This document shows, piece after piece, positions 59,617 to 64,000 of a stretch of DNA of 64,000 bases. Both the position numbers and the translations under genes were made by a program. The notes beneath the pieces were generated by a model. It saw only the letters and a list, made by a program, of their open reading frames with translations, did not search any database and had not been told where the DNA came from. The DNA is from a virus. Taxonomy: Duplodnaviria; Caudoviricetes. The first letter of the stretch is position 1; the number at the start of each line of letters is the position of its first letter. The stretch is from positions 96,001-160,000 of IMG/VR virus record IMGVR_UViG_3300028549_000507, one strand, 5' to 3'.

Positions 59617-62600
59617 TTAATATACCAATTTACCAGAATCAACTATAGGAATTCCTTCACAACTAACAAGAGGTTCATTCTCAGCACCACATAAAGTTAT
59701 AACCTCAGTAGATACTCTAGGAATTGCCTCTTTCTTAATTCTTTCGAACTCATTAACAAATGAACCACCACGTTTAACGGTTAGTAATTTGAAACTAGTA
59801 TTTTCAGAATATCCAACATCACCATAATCAATTCCAAAATATTTTATTTTGTTAAGTCGACCAGCTATAAGTTTTGTGAAGTCTCTATTTATCTCATAAG
59901 ATACAATATCTCCATCATAAGTTCCAACCAAAGCTTTAAGATTATCTTTATCAAAATCTCTAATAAAAGATAATATCTTACCATCGTCAGAATTCACAAC
60001 ACCCATAGCTTCGAATATAAACAAATCCAAATCTTTATCGTCAGAGAATGATATATTAGTCACAATTCCAAAGAACTTGTTAAATATACTAACACTATGC
60101 GTTTTTGAATGTACCAATTCACCATTAACTCCGCCATGAAATCTTAACAATTCAACTCCGGTAGAGTTCTTTAAAACCACATCATATCTTAAAGTATCCT
60201 TATTATATGATACGATAAGTGTTAAAAATTCAGTAGATCCTATCTCATAATTCCAACTAGGATTAATATCATAACTTTCACTAAAGTCTCCATTATTTAT
60301 ATCTGTTATCAAACTTAAATTTCCACTACTAGTTATTAGTGCATCTATTTTAAATCCATAGAACTCAATAAGTGTAGCCCTGAAATTTTTATGAATCATA
60401 GACATAGAAAATTCTAGTTTAAAAAATAATCTAGATGATGTTAGATCCATATCTATAATTCTTTTCAAATACTTACCAGACGTTTCATAATTGATATGAG
60501 TAATAGGTAACTCATTGTACGAATTGTGATGTCGATTATATCCATTCAATACTATAGGATGATCTATAGCCATAGGAACTGTTTCAGTTATATCTCTCTC
60601 AATTATAGAATGAGTTATAGCTAATTTACAATTAAATGGTATCCCACTTGTAGCATCGAAAACCGATATTACATGTAGATTTGTAATAGTGTCACCGATA
60701 TTGAGCGCATCATCAACAATACTACCAATATCTATAATCGCCGTTTTAGAATTTGTAAATTTATCATTATCAATTCCATAAAGAGAATAACTAGATAGAT
60801 CCACTTTGACTTCTTGAACCCCTCCGGAATTCAGTGAAGTTTCAATATAAAGATATAAGCTTCTCAAGAAATGACCAAGATCTTCACCATTATCATGCGG
60901 TTCAATATTCAAAACTAAATATCTGCAAAAGTTTATCTTATCATAATCCAGTTTCAATAAAGGTATACCCATATCAGTACCAATTGAATAAGAACTATTA
61001 TCCATAGATATATTTGAAACGTAATTGAATATACCAACTTCACCATCAACAGGGAATACATTTACGCTGGTTGATTCTATGTTCTCGCCAGGTAGCACTA
61101 ATCCGTTATAAGGAGTAACTCCGATCTTATCTCTAAAAATAAGACCTCTCTCACCCTCAACACAACCCGGAGCACTTTTCATATATCTGTGTAGGTTATT
61201 TATTCCAAATCGTTTAGAATATGCAACCTTAAGAGTGTTATGTATTCCTGAATTATTATGTATGGTTCCATCAAATATATTTAGAAACGAAATTCCACTA
61301 GATTCAATCATACCAACAAGAGGACCATAACTCTCACTATAGAAATAGCAAATATTATCAGAAGGAGTTTTATGATTAATTCCTGACTCAAAGAATAGTA
61401 TATCCTTATCAAGGGAAATCCCGCCAGCATCTACCATGAATTGAACTTTATTATTCAAATAAATAAATTTGGAAACAGTATTAACTACTAAACCATTTAC
61501 TTTATTAAAAATAACTCCAACTATAGAATTATGATTTTCGCAAACAAACCATTTATGAACCAGATGATATTGATCATCTCCGGGGGATGGTGTTCCAATA
61601 TTTAATGCAAAAGGAATCTTAACAATATCTCTATTATTAGTGACATACTTTTGACATATATGAGGAATTCCATCAATTCTAGCATACTCTATCAAACAAT
61701 CTTCTTTACCAAATCCTATAAAATTAGGATTACTAGCATTAAATTGTGAATTTGTAATTCTATCAATATAATTATCAGTTCTATGCTGTATAAAGTCGTC
61801 ATTTCTAGTTACGATGAATGACAATGTTGATCTATGACACTTATCATTTTCAAAAACAACACTACCACCAAAGTCGGTTATAGAATTATCTCCAGATATA
61901 CAACTTTCATTGATTATAACATTACTCTTTGAAACGGATCTTGAAACATTTGTATTATACAGTAATGGACTTATATCCAATTTTGTATTTTTCAAAATAT
62001 TAAGATCAAAATCAAGTGTATAAAAATTATCAAGATCATTATTAATTACAAGTATCAAATTGTTATTATAAGCACTCAATTTTATATTAACAATATTCTT
62101 GTAGTCTGGTATAACTAATGTACGGATAGGGGCAACATCGTTATCACACTGTTTGATTAGTATAGTAAATTCACTTAATAAGCTCGCGGTAAATACTTTA
62201 TTACCAAGTTTACAAAAGTCTCCAACAAAACCTTTTGCATCTTTACTCTGACAGAGTATCGTTTTACGACTAGCATCATTATTTTGAATAGCATACATAT
62301 TTGGAGTTTCAACACTCGAATAATTGGAACTTATTGTAAATTCGAATAGACTTCCGGCATAATAAAATATAGTTATACCATTACTGTTAGTCATTATCGT
62401 TTTTATACCCATAGTTCCTACAAGACTAGGAACGTGACTATTTCTCAACTCATAGTATGCACCAGTCGTCGAAATTAATGTTGGACTAATTGACACATAG
62501 TTGGCGCTAAGATTTAACTTGAGTCTTCTACACATTGTAGTCGGTTTATTCTTTTCCAAAACAATAAATGCTGTAGACGTTTGTTCAACAAACGATTCTA

Positions 62601-64000
62601 CTAATAGATAATTTCCATGAGAATAAACTCTATCGGAAATAAGATCAATATTAATAACCTTCAATGTATCAGTAGATGAATCATATTCAAACAATCCGCG
62701 TTTTCGAGATGTCAATGTCGAATATTCAATATCATGATAACCGCTACATGAGAAGTAAACTTTATTTCCATCAGATGCAACATTTGATGCTACGGTATTT
62801 ATATCATTCTGGAAGTCCTGTACATCGTATCTATCAAATAGATCTTTAAAAATATTATAATTTCCTTTATAGATATTTTTAACAATATACCCTTTATTTT
62901 TTAGAGATATATAGAGGAAACCATCATCTCCATAAATGGCATCATGAATAAATGTTCCGGATATAAATCCGGAAATCCTATCATTGATAGTAGTTAGGAT
63001 CCCACCTTTTTCAATAAGATATATAGTCCCATTATTATTTACAATAACTACATTTTCACCATCATTACTGAAATTTATTTTGCAAGTTTCTTCATCTATG
63101 TATGGGATTACTGTTGGGTTTTTGATATCATAAAGATTATCGCTATCATATATTATACAAATATCATTAGTTGATGGATTTTTAATATTTAAAACTACCT
63201 TAAACCCTCCGCCAGGTTTAAATGATAATCCTATAACATTGTCGACAATCAAGTTATCTCTACATCCACTATAGTATACTAGAAAGTTTGAATCAGAAAT
63301 ATTAACATTCATATTTCTACTCATTATTCCACTTCTAAAACCTTCACGCACAAGATTAAATAGTACACTTTTTTCAAAACCAACACTCATAAGAGAATCC
63401 GACAATTGTATACCATTCATATACATGAAATAAATAGCACTTACAGTTATAATATTTCCATTATCTATATACAATGCAATTAGTTTTAAAGATTTATGTA
63501 GTTCATCTCTAACAAAGTATCTATAAGAATCACTCTTATAACTACTAGATGATGAGTCAGTTTTATATAATCTATATTCATTTACAATATAATTATAACC
63601 GTGTCTATTATAAGTTTGATTGCTAGAATAATCTACCAAGATAGAGTCTCCGAGTAAACAATAAAATTCATAACCATCAAAACAAACACAATTCTTTTTA
63701 ACAAATTGCCCAAGAGATGGGAGTGTTAATGTCGTTTTATCTCCATCATACATTCTAACTATATCCAAATAATTATCATGCTGGTAGAAAATTCTAAGAA
63801 TACCGTCATCAGATTTAACAAATCCAATAACTATTCCGTCAACCATATCAAATGATTTTGATACAGAAACATCTCCATCAGTATAATTTACTAACCCATT
63901 TTCATAAATAATACTACTATATGAATCAGTAATTATAGTATCCAATATTTTAACATCATTACTTATATGAGAATCTAAGAGTTGAGTGTAATCTACAATC
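59617..64000 (-). CDS. Very large beta-rich protein (propeller-like), probable tail/receptor-binding; N-terminus lies beyond the right edge
   Basis: Frame stays open from 63945 to the window end (IVDYTQLLDSHISNDVKILDT), so the TTG in the ORF track is not the true start. Confidence 0.6.
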   Translation of the reverse strand, partial: IVDYTQLLDSHISNDVKILDTIITDSYSSIIYENGLVNYTDGDVSVSKSFDMVDGIVIGFVKSDDGILRIFYQHDNYLDIVRMYDGDKTTLTLPSLGQFVKKNCVCFDGYEFYCLLGDSILVDYSSNQTYNRHGYNYIVNEYRLYKTDSSSSSYKSDSYRYFVRDELHKSLKLIALYIDNGNIITVSAIYFMYMNGIQLSDSLMSVGFEKSVLFNLVREGFRSGIMSRNMNVNISDSNFLVYYSGCRDNLIVDNVIGLSFKPGGGFKVVLNIKNPSTNDICIIYDSDNLYDIKNPTVIPYIDEETCKINFSNDGENVVIVNNNGTIYLIEKGGILTTINDRISGFISGTFIHDAIYGDDGFLYISLKNKGYIVKNIYKGNYNIFKDLFDRYDVQDFQNDINTVASNVASDGNKVYFSCSGYHDIEYSTLTSRKRGLFEYDSSTDTLKVINIDLISDRVYSHGNYLLVESFVEQTSTAFIVLEKNKPTTMCRRLKLNLSANYVSISPTLISTTGAYYELRNSHVPSLVGTMGIKTIMTNSNGITIFYYAGSLFEFTISSNYSSVETPNMYAIQNNDASRKTILCQSKDAKGFVGDFCKLGNKVFTASLLSEFTILIKQCDNDVAPIRTLVIPDYKNIVNIKLSAYNNNLILVINNDLDNFYTLDFDLNILKNTKLDISPLLYNTNVSRSVSKSNVIINESCISGDNSITDFGGSVVFENDKCHRSTLSFIVTRNDDFIQHRTDNYIDRITNSQFNASNPNFIGFGKEDCLIEYARIDGIPHICQKYVTNNRDIVKIPFALNIGTPSPGDDQYHLVHKWFVCENHNSIVGVIFNKVNGLVVNTVSKFIYLNNKVQFMVDAGGISLDKDILFFESGINHKTPSDNICYFYSESYGPLVGMIESSGISFLNIFDGTIHNNSGIHNTLKVAYSKRFGINNLHRYMKSAPGCVEGERGLIFRDKIGVTPYNGLVLPGENIESTSVNVFPVDGEVGIFNYVSNISMDNSSYSIGTDMGIPLLKLDYDKINFCRYLVLNIEPHDNGEDLGHFLRSLYLYIETSLNSGGVQEVKVDLSSYSLYGIDNDKFTNSKTAIIDIGSIVDDALNIGDTITNLHVISVFDATSGIPFNCKLAITHSIIERDITETVPMAIDHPIVLNGYNRHHNSYNELPITHINYETSGKYLKRIIDMDLTSSRLFFKLEFSMSMIHKNFRATLIEFYGFKIDALITSSGNLSLITDINNGDFSESYDINPSWNYEIGSTEFLTLIVSYNKDTLRYDVVLKNSTGVELLRFHGGVNGELVHSKTHSVSIFNKFFGIVTNISFSDDKDLDLFIFEAMGVVNSDDGKILSFIRDFDKDNLKALVGTYDGDIVSYEINRDFTKLIAGRLNKIKYFGIDYGDVGYSENTSFKLLTVKRGGSFVNEFERIKKEAIPRVSTEVITLCGAENEPLVSCEGIPIVDSGKLVY

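Noticed and set aside
1-64000. Stop-codon reassignment and tRNA genes
   Set aside because: Genes tile densely under code 11 with TAA, TAG and TGA used as stops. No cloverleaf with T-loop/CCA features was seen in the short intergenic gaps, including the 27488-27624 element.

Overview
This window is a 64 kb, AT-rich segment of a jumbo phage genome from the phiKZ/AR9-like lineage that encodes its own multisubunit RNA polymerases. Almost all genes are on the minus strand and the standard genetic code fits. Recognisable genes are: four RNA polymerase subunits (two beta-prime N-halves with DxDGD, one beta N-half, one beta C-half), a split family-B DNA polymerase, a UvsX/RecA recombinase, a GyrA/ParC-like topoisomerase subunit, a PhuZ-like tubulin, a GroEL-like chaperonin, a probable portal, phiKZ-type internal head proteins, a tandem HExxH metallopeptidase, and tail/baseplate proteins. 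Two genes are cut by the window edges. Reading the intergenic DNA shows two recurrent promoter-like motifs (AACA-N6-T[G/A], matching the AR9 non-virion RNAP consensus, and an AT-rich early-type motif) and many intrinsic terminators. The most notable observations are three. (1) Two proteins with FG/GM/Q low-complexity tails, both behind early-type promoters, sit immediately upstream of the non-virion beta-prime gene, where nucleus-forming phages carry chimallin. (2) A candidate ~135-nt structured RNA with its own promoter, terminator and anti-SD loop lies upstream of gyrA. (3) A 13-residue motif is shared by several head or ejection-type proteins. All family assignments come from motif recognition by eye; no database searches were run.
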